Positions 1 through 9,090 of a stretch of 64,000 nt of DNA are shown piece by piece. This DNA comes from Planctomycetota bacterium (GTDB lineage Bacteria; Planctomycetota; B15-G4). The stretch spans positions 4,960,001-5,024,000 of the forward strand of contig CBDFJQ010000002.1 of assembly GCA_965248575.1 (NCBI GenBank), in the 5' to 3' direction. Both the position numbers and the translations under genes were made by a program. The notes under the pieces are model-generated. The model was not told the DNA's origin. It was given only the letters and a program-made list of their open reading frames with translations, and did not search any database. How positions within the stretch are numbered: the stretch's first letter is position 1; each line of letters starts with the position of its first letter.

Positions 1-578
1 CCACCGTCCGGCCGGTAGATGGCTGTGGGTGGCCCGTACGTCTCCAGCAGATCGCGCGCGGTCTGAAAGTACTGAGAGCGGTCAGCGCCCCGCTCGTCCT
101 GTCGCCAGCTCTCACCGAGTTCGTCGAGGCGCACCCAGTCGGTGACAGCCCGACGGTCCCGGACGCTGCTGAGGCTCTCCCCGACCGCGAGCGAGAGGGC
201 GCCGCTGGGGTCAGTCGACTCTCCTGCCTGACGCAAGACCCTAGTGAGTGCTGCAAGATTCACGCTGAGCTCGCGCAGGACGTCCTCGGACGGCATGACG
301 GGCGATGGCGCCGAAGCCAGGTCCGGGCTGCGGAGCGGAGACGGTGCTACGGGCAGCCGGGTGCTGGCCAGATAGGACGCCAGCTGCTCCAGGACCTCGG
401 CCGTTTCGGACTGGACGAGCCGAAGCGCCCGAAGTTCGGACTCGAGCTGAGCGATGGCTGCGGCGGAGTCTGACGGTTCTGACGGGCCAGTCTGAAGCAA
501 GACCACGAGCAAGATGGCCAAGGTCAAGGGCAGGGAGATCAGGAGCGCGGTGCTGCTGGCAGCGGGCTTGTCTTTCAT
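1..578 (-). CDS. Partial membrane-anchored hypothetical protein (3' end runs off the window)
   Basis: Not in the ORF track. Manual translation from ATG 578 is open to the window edge: MKDKPAASSTALLISLPLTLAILLVVLLQ (TM anchor), then a coiled-coil-like AIAQLESELRALRLVQ segment. Confidence 0.75.
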   Translation of the reverse strand, partial: MKDKPAASSTALLISLPLTLAILLVVLLQTGPSEPSDSAAAIAQLESELRALRLVQSETAEVLEQLASYLASTRLPVAPSPLRSPDLASAPSPVMPSEDVLRELSVNLAALTRVLRQAGESTDPSGALSLAVGESLSSVRDRRAVTDWVRLDELGESWRQDERGADRSQYFQTARDLLETYGPPTAIYRPDG

Positions 579-786
579 GACGGACAGGACGCATCCCGGG
601 GGCGACGTGTTCACTCATTCTCAGCGGCCGTCACGCATGCTGGCAAGAACCCGGAGTCCGCTTGGTTTGGTGCCGAGAACTGGCTGCTGGCGCTGGTACA
701 ACCGTTTGCCTCACTCGATATGGTGCCTGCGCCCGGGACTGACGTGCGCACGGTGACCGCCTCTGCCTCTCCTCTTTGGACCACCG

Positions 787-3700
787 ATGAACTGCAAGTT
801 TCTCATGTGCCTCGTTGGGCTCGCTCTGCTCTCTCCGATGGCGGCCTCTCAGACCCTTGATGCCGACATCACCCTCGGGAGCAGCTTCACGGGCCGGCTC
901 GACGACGGCTCGGATGTCGACGTCCTGCGCTTCAGCACCATCAAGAACACGCAGGTCACCCTGAGCGTGGCTGGCAAGAAGGATAAGTTGAACAAGGGCA
1001 GCCCTGTTCTTCTGCCCCAGCTGGAGGTGTTGGACGTGAGCACGGGCGGCAGCCTGGCCTTCGAAGACAGCGGCAAGAAGAAGTCGGCTGTCAAGAAGCT
1101 GCTGCTGCCATCAACTGGCGAATATCTGATCCGGGTGTCGAGTGCAGGCGGAACGTCGGGGCCTTACAAGGTGACGACCAAGGGCGCCCTCTCGAAGGCA
1201 GGCAAGGTCCACAAGGTCAGTGCCGAAACCGGCGCGGGCGCCACGAGCTCGGTGAGCTTTGATGCCGACGCAGGCTTTCTGCTGAACGCCTTGGTCAAGC
1301 CGGATAAGAAGTCGCTGTCCCAGCCAGGCGTGCCCACGCTGACGGGTCCGTCCGGCGCCATCGACCTGACCGGCTTGGTGGTCACGAACACCAAGAAGTT
1401 CTCACACAAGCTGAAGAAGTTCCCGCTCACCGAGCAGGGCACCTACACCTTGAGCAGCACCAACGATGCTGCGGACGCTGGTGGGATCTTCACGAACGTG
1501 AAGCTCAAGCCGGCCAAGCTCCCGAAGCAGAAGCTGGAAGAGACCGTCGACATGGGTGGCGGTGTGAGCATCGTGCGCACCTTGTCCGGCGTCGTTCAGA
1601 ACAGCAACGACGGGAGCGGATTGCCTGGTGTCCTGGTCCTTGCCGGCGACATGACCATGGCGGTGACGGATGCCAACGGTCTGTTCATCGTTCACGACCC
1701 GCCGGCTGGCGAGGTCGAGGTTCACTTCGATGGCAGCGGCACGACCGCCATGGGTGACTTCGAGGAGCTCGGCGTGCTGGTGACAGTGGCTGCGGTAGGC
1801 GACACGGTCCTGCAGCCGGTGGTGCTGCCCGACCTCTCCAACCCCGAGTCGGCCGTGGACGACGTGGCTGTGATGGCCGGGGTGACCACCGAGGACTTGG
1901 CCGCAATGGGCGGCAACGAGAACATCCAGTTGAGCGCTCTCGCCGGAACGACCATCCTGTTGGATGGCGTCCCCGCATCGGGGACGGTGGCTTTCAACGT
2001 CACGCCCGTCGATCCAACGCAGGTTCCCATGCCGCTGGTGCCGGCTTCCGGTGCCGTGGACGCGGCGTCCTATGTGACGATCCAGCCGCCCAACGGGACC
2101 TTTGACAACGGCAGCGAGGGTGCGGGCTCGGGCCTGGACGTCGTGCTTCCCAATGACCGGGGATTCCCCGTGGGCACGATGGTCGACATCTGGTCCTTCG
2201 ACCACGATGCAGGCGATTGGGTGAACCGTTCCACCGAGACGGGGGAGCAGGGTGAAGTCGTGGCCACGATGAGTGGCACGCAGATCGTTGCTTCGGGCGT
2301 GATCACTGCGGGCGGCTGGCATGCGCCGGTGGTGCCCGTCGATCCGACCTGCGCCACGAAGATCATCGGGCGCGTGCTGGACGGGGATGGCCAGCCCATT
2401 CCCGGCGCAGCGCTGGGCACGGCGACGGGGCAGTTCGCCATGACGGGAGCGGATGGCAGCTTCTGCATCGACTCCGTCACCGCCTACGATGTCGCCAGCT
2501 TGCCGACCTGCGTGTTGCAGGACGTCCTGGTCAGCGCCCTGACGCCTGTGTCCTTCGGGGCTGTGGGTGCCGAGGTGCTGGTGTTGGCCGGAGGCATCAC
2601 TGCAGGCGGTGTGACGGACATCGGCGACATCGAGATCCGTGTGCCCCAGACAGGAAGCCTGGCTGGGCTGTTGACCGACAATGGGATGCCGGTGATGGGC
2701 GCGGTGGACATCTTCAGTGTCATCGAAGGCGTCTCGCAGCTGATGTCCAACCAGAACGGCAGTTTCTTCGGGACCGGGCTCGACGCTGGGGACTACACGG
2801 CGTCCTTCTTGTTCGACGGAGATGCCATGCCGACAAGCGTGCCCTTCAACATCTCGGCCAACACGCTCACCACGATCAACCTGCAAAAGGTGAGCGGCAG
2901 CGGGGGTAGTGAAAGCGTCACGATCCTCGTCGTTGAGTTTGAAGAGAACTCGGGCAATCCGGGCGCCGTCGTTCAGGGTGCCCAAGTCTTGCTGGTGGGC
3001 ACGGACGTCTCGTCACAGGCGGGGCTTTCGGGAACCACGGATGCCAACGGAGAGGTGACTTTCGACAACGTTGACGGGCCGTTCACGGTGACGGCGCAGA
3101 TCGATCGGATTCTCGATTTCGGGGAAGGCCCCGTGTCGGCCCGATTCGCCCATTCAGTGGTGGACATCGATCCTCCTTCGGGCGTGATCGGGATCATCTC
3201 CGACTTCGGCGTAGACGATGACACCCCGACGATCAACTCCGAGATCACTGGGACGGTCACCGACCTCATGCAGGCGGTGGGCCAGAACGATTTCCTCTCC
3301 GTGCAGGCCATCGGTACCAGTGACTTCCAGAACTTCGGAAACGTCGACCTCCAGACGGGGACGTACAGCTTGCCGGTGCCTGCCGGTGACGATTACATCA
3401 TCGTGTTCAACCACGCCACGATCGTGGGGAACAACGAGAATCGCATCAACAGCGCGCAGATCGTGGAGGGTGTGGATGCGCCGCTGAACGGTAGCGTGGC
3501 GGTGGACTTCGAGGTGAGCAGTGCCGCGGCGATTGCCTTTGATCAGGAGGTCGACGTGAACTACAGCGGTCTGCTGGCAAATCCCTGTCAGCAGAGCTTG
3601 CAGGTGTTCTTCTTCACCCCGAATGCGGAGGACTACAACCTGGGCACGATGGTCTTCACGACCGGAGGGCTTCCCGGCACGGTGTTCGTTCCGGACGCAT

Positions 3701-4239
3701 CGGACCCGAACCTCGGAGGCTTCCGTGTGAGCCTGTCCCTCTTCCAGTCTCCGTGTGCGGGGGAAGATGACGAAGTGATCTGCGATGTGTTCCTGGACGG
3801 CAACCCGGCCAGCATCGATCTCGACCTGCTTCCCATTCCGACCTTCGTGTCGCCCATGCAGGACGATGTGATCAACCCCAATGGGGCGGACATGATGACG
3901 GTCGAGTTCGACGGGGTGGCCGGCCAGGGCTCCAACGGCATCGTGTCGCTGGAGCTCATCACCGAAGGACCCCAGGCGGGGGTCACGCCGGACGTCATCA
4001 TCTGGACGTTCCTGCTGCGTGAGGGCACGACGAGTGTGCAGTTGCCTCCGACCGTCCTGCCGATGATCGGTGACGGTGCCTTCTGGGAAGCCTGCATCGA
4101 GTCGGAGCTCTTCAGCGGCTTCGTCTTTGACTACGACGCGATCTTCAATGAGGACATCGCCGACATCGACATGCTGATCGACGGGATGGCCACGGGCTTC
4201 TGCGAAAACGCAGCCATCATCGAGTTCAGCATCGACTGA
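787..4239 (+). CDS. Large secreted/surface protein with PPC-like N-terminal beta domains and several carboxypeptidase-regulatory-like (prealbumin-fold) repeats
   Basis: 1150 aa with a signal peptide. DVDVLRF and GEYLIRV look PPC-like; repeated GxV..G.P..GA..TDANG.F motifs. Confidence 0.8.
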   Translation: MNCKFLMCLVGLALLSPMAASQTLDADITLGSSFTGRLDDGSDVDVLRFSTIKNTQVTLSVAGKKDKLNKGSPVLLPQLEVLDVSTGGSLAFEDSGKKKSAVKKLLLPSTGEYLIRVSSAGGTSGPYKVTTKGALSKAGKVHKVSAETGAGATSSVSFDADAGFLLNALVKPDKKSLSQPGVPTLTGPSGAIDLTGLVVTNTKKFSHKLKKFPLTEQGTYTLSSTNDAADAGGIFTNVKLKPAKLPKQKLEETVDMGGGVSIVRTLSGVVQNSNDGSGLPGVLVLAGDMTMAVTDANGLFIVHDPPAGEVEVHFDGSGTTAMGDFEELGVLVTVAAVGDTVLQPVVLPDLSNPESAVDDVAVMAGVTTEDLAAMGGNENIQLSALAGTTILLDGVPASGTVAFNVTPVDPTQVPMPLVPASGAVDAASYVTIQPPNGTFDNGSEGAGSGLDVVLPNDRGFPVGTMVDIWSFDHDAGDWVNRSTETGEQGEVVATMSGTQIVASGVITAGGWHAPVVPVDPTCATKIIGRVLDGDGQPIPGAALGTATGQFAMTGADGSFCIDSVTAYDVASLPTCVLQDVLVSALTPVSFGAVGAEVLVLAGGITAGGVTDIGDIEIRVPQTGSLAGLLTDNGMPVMGAVDIFSVIEGVSQLMSNQNGSFFGTGLDAGDYTASFLFDGDAMPTSVPFNISANTLTTINLQKVSGSGGSESVTILVVEFEENSGNPGAVVQGAQVLLVGTDVSSQAGLSGTTDANGEVTFDNVDGPFTVTAQIDRILDFGEGPVSARFAHSVVDIDPPSGVIGIISDFGVDDDTPTINSEITGTVTDLMQAVGQNDFLSVQAIGTSDFQNFGNVDLQTGTYSLPVPAGDDYIIVFNHATIVGNNENRINSAQIVEGVDAPLNGSVAVDFEVSSAAAIAFDQEVDVNYSGLLANPCQQSLQVFFFTPNAEDYNLGTMVFTTGGLPGTVFVPDASDPNLGGFRVSLSLFQSPCAGEDDEVICDVFLDGNPASIDLDLLPIPTFVSPMQDDVINPNGADMMTVEFDGVAGQGSNGIVSLELITEGPQAGVTPDVIIWTFLLREGTTSVQLPPTVLPMIGDGAFWEACIESELFSGFVFDYDAIFNEDIADIDMLIDGMATGFCENAAIIEFSID

Positions 4240-4260
4240 GCTGCAGCTGGCCAGAACGAG

Positions 4261-4301
4261 CACGGGCCCGCTCCCCTCATGCAGAGGGGGGCGGGCCCGT
4301 G
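4261..4301. terminator. Hairpin between convergent genes, probably a bidirectional terminator
   Basis: CACGGGCCCGC...GCGGGCCCGTG inverted repeat, with further pairing inside the stem. Confidence 0.7.
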
Positions 4302-4321
4302 GTGTTTGATGACCGCTGGGA

Positions 4322-5080
4322 TCAGGGCGTCGTGAGGCGCACGCCGTTGGTCAGGGCGATGCCGCCCGCCACGGGCGGGTCCGTGACCAGGAACTGCACG
4401 GTGGCCTGGACGCCGGATGGGATGGCGGCAGGCCAGGTGGTCGCCAGGTTGACGTTGCCCGCCGCGTTGGTTGCGATGAACACCTGGGTGCTGAACGGGA
4501 AGGCGTGGATCGTGCCGCCGAAGAAGGCGAACGGCACCGGGGCAAAGGCCAGCCAGGCGAGGCCCAGTTGGCCCGGGGGCAGGTTGCTGCCGCTGAGGGT
4601 CACGGTGGAGCCGGGGGTCAGCGGGCCACCGCCAACGAGCTTGCCCGGCACCGTGCCGTAGGCGCCGCCCAGGTCCTCCCACTGAAGGCGCACCTGGCCT
4701 CGGATCTCACCGCCGGGGAAGGCGCCGGAGTGCACGTTCAGGTAGGTGTTGCCGGATAGCATGTTGCCGATGTCAGTGGTGTTGAGCGTCGCTGAGCCAG
4801 TGCTGGGGCTTGCCGGGCCGACGTTGACAATGACGCCGCCGTTCGCGCCCACCGGGGCTTGATGGATGTGGGCGGCCGTCGCTGGAACCGTCCAGCTCGT
4901 GCTCCACGTCAAAACGCCGGTGGCCACGTTCAACGACATATTGGCCATGCCGGTGTTGGCGGATCCGTTCGGCGGCACCTCCTGGGCACCGCTGAGGGGG
5001 AAGGAACCGTAGAGGATCTGAGCGTTGGCACCTGTGGCCGCAGCGAGCAGAAGGAGGGTTGAAGCAAGAAAGGTGCGCAT
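4322..5080 (-). CDS. Secreted CHRD-domain protein with the shared C-terminal domain
   Basis: Signal peptide; CHRD motifs LSGAQEVPP, AAHIH, YLNVHS..FPGGEIRGQ; the last 119 aa are the shared domain. Confidence 0.9.
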   Translation of the reverse strand: MRTFLASTLLLLAAATGANAQILYGSFPLSGAQEVPPNGSANTGMANMSLNVATGVLTWSTSWTVPATAAHIHQAPVGANGGVIVNVGPASPSTGSATLNTTDIGNMLSGNTYLNVHSGAFPGGEIRGQVRLQWEDLGGAYGTVPGKLVGGGPLTPGSTVTLSGSNLPPGQLGLAWLAFAPVPFAFFGGTIHAFPFSTQVFIATNAAGNVNLATTWPAAIPSGVQATVQFLVTDPPVAGGIALTNGVRLTTP

Positions 5081-5411
5081 AGATCGAGCTCTCTATCGTG
5101 GTGCGTCGGGTTGCGGGATGGGTTTGTCGAGTCCTACTTGATGAAGCGACATCCTTCGGCGGAGGGAGACGGTGCCCGCGGGGTGATGCCTTTTCAGTCA
5201 GCGCTGTGGGCGTGCGTATGTTTCAGTCGTTTTTCCACGAGCGCCTGATTTCCCGAGGGCGAGCCTACCCGAGTTGCCGCGCTTGTGGGGCGTGAGGGCC
5301 TTGCGAGGCGTGTATTCCCAAAGGACCAGGACGTCCAGTGTGGCGCTGAGGTCGACCAAGGGCTTTCACGGTTCCGGGTGACGCCGGATGGCCGTGGGTG
5401 CTGAAACGCAA

Positions 5412-5450
5412 CGAGCCCCGCCGACCCCTGGAGGGGGACTGCGGGGCTCG
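5412..5450 (-). terminator. Probable intrinsic terminator of ahpC
   Basis: CGAGCCCCGC/GCGGGGCTCG stem, followed on the minus strand by TTGCGTTTC. Confidence 0.6.
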
Positions 5451-5476
5451 CTTGAGCTCAGGGCTCGGTGCAGCGC

Positions 5477-6076
5477 TTACAGGCTCGCGGCGTGATCCGT
5501 GAGGTAGGACTTCACGCCCTCCTCATTGGGCGCCATGCCGGCCTTGCCTGCGGACCAGCCTGCGGGGCAGACCTCGCCGTGCTGCTTGAAGAACTGCACG
5601 CCGTCGATGGCGCGCAGCAGCTCGTCCACATCCCGGCCCAAGGGCAGGTTGTTCACCAGCGCGTGCCAGCACACACCGTCGGGGTCGATCAGGAAGGTGC
5701 CGCGGGCGGAGAATCCGCTGTCGGCATGCACGACGTCGTAGGCCTCGGAGAGGGCCTTGTCGGTGTCGGCAATGAGCGGGTAGTTGAGGGGGCCGACGCC
5801 GCCCTCGTGGATCGCCGTGTTGCGCCAGCGGGCGTGGGTCTCGGCATCGTCCATGGACACGCCCAGCACCTTCACTCCGCGCTTCTCGAACTCAGCCTTC
5901 CGGTGGTCGAAGGCGATCAGCTCTGAGGGACACACGAAGGTGAAGTCCTTCGGGTAGAAGAAGAGGGCCACGTAGCTGCCAGCGTAGTCGGAAAGACTCA
6001 CGTCCTGGGTGCTGCCGTCTGCCATCACGGCGGGGGCGGTGAAGGCGGGGGCCGCCTTGCCGATGAAGTTCGTCAT
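5477..6076 (-). CDS. ahpC: Typical 2-Cys peroxiredoxin (AhpC/TSA)
   Basis: FFYPKDFTFVCPSE and GEVCPAGW motifs. Start placed at MTNFIGKAAP (6076), not at the longer ORF start. Confidence 0.93.
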   Translation of the reverse strand: MTNFIGKAAPAFTAPAVMADGSTQDVSLSDYAGSYVALFFYPKDFTFVCPSELIAFDHRKAEFEKRGVKVLGVSMDDAETHARWRNTAIHEGGVGPLNYPLIADTDKALSEAYDVVHADSGFSARGTFLIDPDGVCWHALVNNLPLGRDVDELLRAIDGVQFFKQHGEVCPAGWSAGKAGMAPNEEGVKSYLTDHAASL

Positions 6077-6308
6077 GTGGTTGAATTCGTCTGAGATCGG
6101 GAGGGGAGCGGTGCCCGCAAACCAGCTGTTGCGGGTGCACACACGAACGCGGCAGTGTACCGACCATGTCCTTCGGGAGGAATGCCATCCCGGGCCGGGG
6201 CCGTCTGACCATGACGGAACACTGACTCCCAGCGCTGGGCCACGCATGTCCTGACGCCGAAGGCACGTGCACGGGTATCCTGCGACCACTCGAACCGCTG
6301 GAGGTTTC

Positions 6309-6911
6309 ATGAACACCCTCACCCGCGGCGTGCAGATCGCCGTGCTCTGGATCGCAACGCTGACCCTTGGAGCAGGATGCATGGCCTTGGAAGAAGAACG
6401 TTTCGGCAATGGGCTCAGCGTGCCCTCCGATCGCGTGGCCGCCCCCCAGGATGTCGAGAGCATCGACGCCATTGTCCATGCGCTCTACGACGTCATATCC
6501 GGGCCGGCGGGCCCCAGGGATTGGGGGCGGGACCGCACGCTCTATCACCCCGACGCGGGCTGGCACATGCCAGTGGGCCTACGCCGAAGCCCCAGCGGGG
6601 AGACCAGCGATGAGCGTGTGCTGCGCGTGATGAGCCTTGAGCAGTATCAAGCGCAGGCCAGCAGCTACTTCGACGAGAATGCGTTCTACGAGGTGGAGAT
6701 TGCACGTCGCGTGGAGCGTTTCGGTGACATCGCCCAGGTGTTCAGCACTTATGAGTCGCGCCACTCGCCAGAAGGGGAGCCCTTCACGCGCGGCATCAAC
6801 AGCATCCAACTGATGCACGACGGCAGTCGTTGGTGGGTCGTGTCCATCCTCTGGAATGGCGAGCGAGACGGCTTGACGATTCCCGAGCCGTACCTGCATT
6901 CGGGGTCCTGA
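6309..6911 (+). CDS. Putative lipoprotein with an NTF2/SnoaL-like domain
   Basis: GGAGG RBS; lipobox-like GAGC; IDAIVHALYDVISGPAG, FYEVEI, RGINSIQL, RWWVVSILW. Confidence 0.8.
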   Translation: MNTLTRGVQIAVLWIATLTLGAGCMALEEERFGNGLSVPSDRVAAPQDVESIDAIVHALYDVISGPAGPRDWGRDRTLYHPDAGWHMPVGLRRSPSGETSDERVLRVMSLEQYQAQASSYFDENAFYEVEIARRVERFGDIAQVFSTYESRHSPEGEPFTRGINSIQLMHDGSRWWVVSILWNGERDGLTIPEPYLHSGS

Positions 6912-6948
6912 GATGTCATCTTGCTACCCCCAGCACCCGGAGTGACCC

Positions 6949-7407
6949 ATGGATCGCCCGCCCCTGCGCGTCTACCTCTCGGGTGAAATCCACAGCGACT
7001 GGCGGGAGCGCATCGTCGAAGGCGCCCGCTCCGCAGGGCTGGCTCTGCTGTTCGACGGGCCGGTCACCGACCACGCCCGGAGCGATGACTGCGGTGTCGC
7101 CATCCTGGGTGAGGAAGACAAGGCGTTCTGGAAGGACCGGAAGGGCGCGGGAGTGAACGCCCTGCGCACGCGGACGCAGCTCTCGGGCGCTGACGTCGTC
7201 GTCATCCGTTTCGGGGAGAAGTACCGCCAGTGGAATGCGGCCTACGACGCCGGCTTCGCTGCGGCGCTTGGCAAGCCGTACATCACCTTGCACGGCGAAG
7301 ACCTCAACCACGCCCTCAAGGAGGTGGATGCGGGAGCCTGTGCGGTGGCGCGGGAGCCCGAGCAGGTGGTGGCGCTCCTGGCCTATGTCCTGAGCGGAGA
7401 GCTGTAG
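6949..7407 (+). CDS. YtoQ family protein (nucleoside 2-deoxyribosyltransferase-like fold)
   Basis: VYLSGEIHSDWRE, RFGEKYRQWNAAYDAG, HALKEVD. Confidence 0.9.
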   Translation: MDRPPLRVYLSGEIHSDWRERIVEGARSAGLALLFDGPVTDHARSDDCGVAILGEEDKAFWKDRKGAGVNALRTRTQLSGADVVVIRFGEKYRQWNAAYDAGFAAALGKPYITLHGEDLNHALKEVDAGACAVAREPEQVVALLAYVLSGEL

Positions 7408-7427
7408 GGCCGGGATCAGTCGGCCGC

Positions 7428-9068
7428 TCAGCGTGCCGAGGCCACCTCGACCTCGGTGTAGCTTCCTCCTGGCGTCGCAGGCCCGATCTTCTTGAGCAAC
7501 GAATTGGGGGTGCCCATGGAGATGCAGTGCAGCGCGACGTTCTTGCGCTTCTGGGCCCAGCGCTTCACGTCCCGCAGAATGCGCTTGTGGTCTGTGATGC
7601 CGGTGGAAGGCGCTCCATCGGAGAGCAGGATGATCTCCCGGATGTCCTGCTCGTCGAACGCCTCCTCAAGGGCTGCATGCAAGGCCGTACCGCCGCGCGG
7701 GCTCAGGGCGGAGACGAACTCCCGTGCGGACTCCAAGGCCTGCTCCCGAGACTCGAAGCTCGCAGAACCGCCCTCGCGCCAGATCTTTACGTCCGTGCTG
7801 AAGGTCAGGATGTTGAAGGGTTGCTCGTCCAGGCCTGCGATGGCGTTCAAGACCTGTTGCTTCACCAGCTCCATCCGGGACTTCTGGGGCAGGTCATTGG
7901 GGATGAAGATGTCGACGCCTTGTTTGGGGCCCTGCCGCTTCTTGACTCGCGCCGTCATCGAGCCGGAGACATCGAGCACGAACACCAGGCCGTGCTGTGA
8001 AAGTGGCCGCGCGAAGAAGCTCCCCTGGGGGCCGTAGCGGGATTGGGCCATGGCGTCCACGAGGGCCTGGACGGCCAGCTCGTGCTCCTCCTCGGAGAGC
8101 ACCCAGAAGTTCTCGTTGCGCTCCAACCACTTGTCCCACTGTTTGCGGGTGAGATACCGCTGTCCCGTGGCGCGAAAGAGATCGGGCAGGATCTTGGCGT
8201 CGATGGGGGAGGGCTGCTCGGCGAGCAGGCCGACCAGCGCGGGGACCAACTCCGGTTGCCGAGCGTCCAGCAGTGCCTCGAAGGCAACGTCATAGATGGG
8301 GGAGTAGGAGTCGGAGAGGGCGGCAGCGAGAGCCTCGGCGTAGGTCTTCGCACCCATCTGGACGAGGGCGCGCACCGCCGTGTATCGGATCGTGCGGTCG
8401 CTATGACCTTGGAGTGGCTTCAGGACCCACAGGAAGTCGGGTGAAGGAGGTGTCTGCCGCGAGAGAAGATCGCAACTGACGTCGATGGCTGCCTTCGAGC
8501 TGCGAACCAGCTCTGCGTTCGGTTCGTCGCGCTTGAGGGTGCGGCTGAGGTCCTTCTTCGCAGACTTCAGGAGCTCAAGCGCTTCGTCCTCGAGGCCGGG
8601 GACACCCAGGGAGGCGGCCAGGTGCAGACCGTGGAGTTTCCAGGCTTCACGGGAGGAGGCGCTGAGCTTGAAAACGCGCTTCAGGTGTTCAGCTTCCAGC
8701 TCGCCCGCCTCCGTGAACAGGACGGGCTTCACCAGGAGGAGCAGGGCGTCGGAGATCTTGGGGGATTCATCAGGATCGAAGAAGACGTCGAGGACCTTCT
8801 CGCGGTCCGACTTCTTGCCCGTCTCGAGCAGCAGCCTGGCTGCGGAGACCCGCCTGGAAGTCCATGCACCTTGGTTGGCGATGTCCTTGCGTGCGTCCTG
8901 CAGATCTCCTGCAACGAGCCGCGCTGAGGAGGACGGAATCACGACCGGAGGGAGCGCCGGTGTCGCAGCAGCCAGGCAGGACGCCGTGAGCAGCCACGCG
9001 CAGAGCTTGCTGACCGGCGAAATTGACGGCGTGCTTCTCATGCGTCTCCGCGACCTCATAGCGTTCAA
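7428..9068 (-). CDS. Exported HEAT-repeat plus von Willebrand A domain protein (start uncertain)
   Basis: Hydrophobic N-terminal segment; helical HEAT-like repeats; MIDAS motifs FVLDVSGSM, GGTAL, IILLSDGAP. Confidence 0.85.
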   Translation of the reverse strand: MNAMRSRRRMRSTPSISPVSKLCAWLLTASCLAAATPALPPVVIPSSSARLVAGDLQDARKDIANQGAWTSRRVSAARLLLETGKKSDREKVLDVFFDPDESPKISDALLLLVKPVLFTEAGELEAEHLKRVFKLSASSREAWKLHGLHLAASLGVPGLEDEALELLKSAKKDLSRTLKRDEPNAELVRSSKAAIDVSCDLLSRQTPPSPDFLWVLKPLQGHSDRTIRYTAVRALVQMGAKTYAEALAAALSDSYSPIYDVAFEALLDARQPELVPALVGLLAEQPSPIDAKILPDLFRATGQRYLTRKQWDKWLERNENFWVLSEEEHELAVQALVDAMAQSRYGPQGSFFARPLSQHGLVFVLDVSGSMTARVKKRQGPKQGVDIFIPNDLPQKSRMELVKQQVLNAIAGLDEQPFNILTFSTDVKIWREGGSASFESREQALESAREFVSALSPRGGTALHAALEEAFDEQDIREIILLSDGAPSTGITDHKRILRDVKRWAQKRKNVALHCISMGTPNSLLKKIGPATPGGSYTEVEVASAR

Positions 9069-9090
9069 GATATCCGCAGAGCAGCCTGCC

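Noticed and set aside
694..709. TGGTAC...TTGC as a sigma54 promoter for the large surface protein
   Set aside because: The GG-to-GC spacing is one base too long, and sigma54 spacing is strict.
1402..4263. Long antisense ORFs (527 and 369 aa), and similar ones elsewhere such as 43466-46156, 16693-18261 and 40804-42234
   Set aside because: They are shadows of well-supported genes on the opposite strand, expected in high-GC DNA, and contain no recognisable motifs.
5081..5410. Long intergenic region as a riboswitch or ncRNA
   Set aside because: I recognise no conserved RNA motif by eye; an Rfam/Infernal scan is needed to exclude one.
6077..6472. N-terminal extensions given by the ORF track for ahpC (also trx, fldA, GNAT, Na/Pi symporter, FimT-like pilin)
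   Set aside because: The extensions lack family similarity, and several overlap neighbouring genes; downstream ATGs match the family N-termini.
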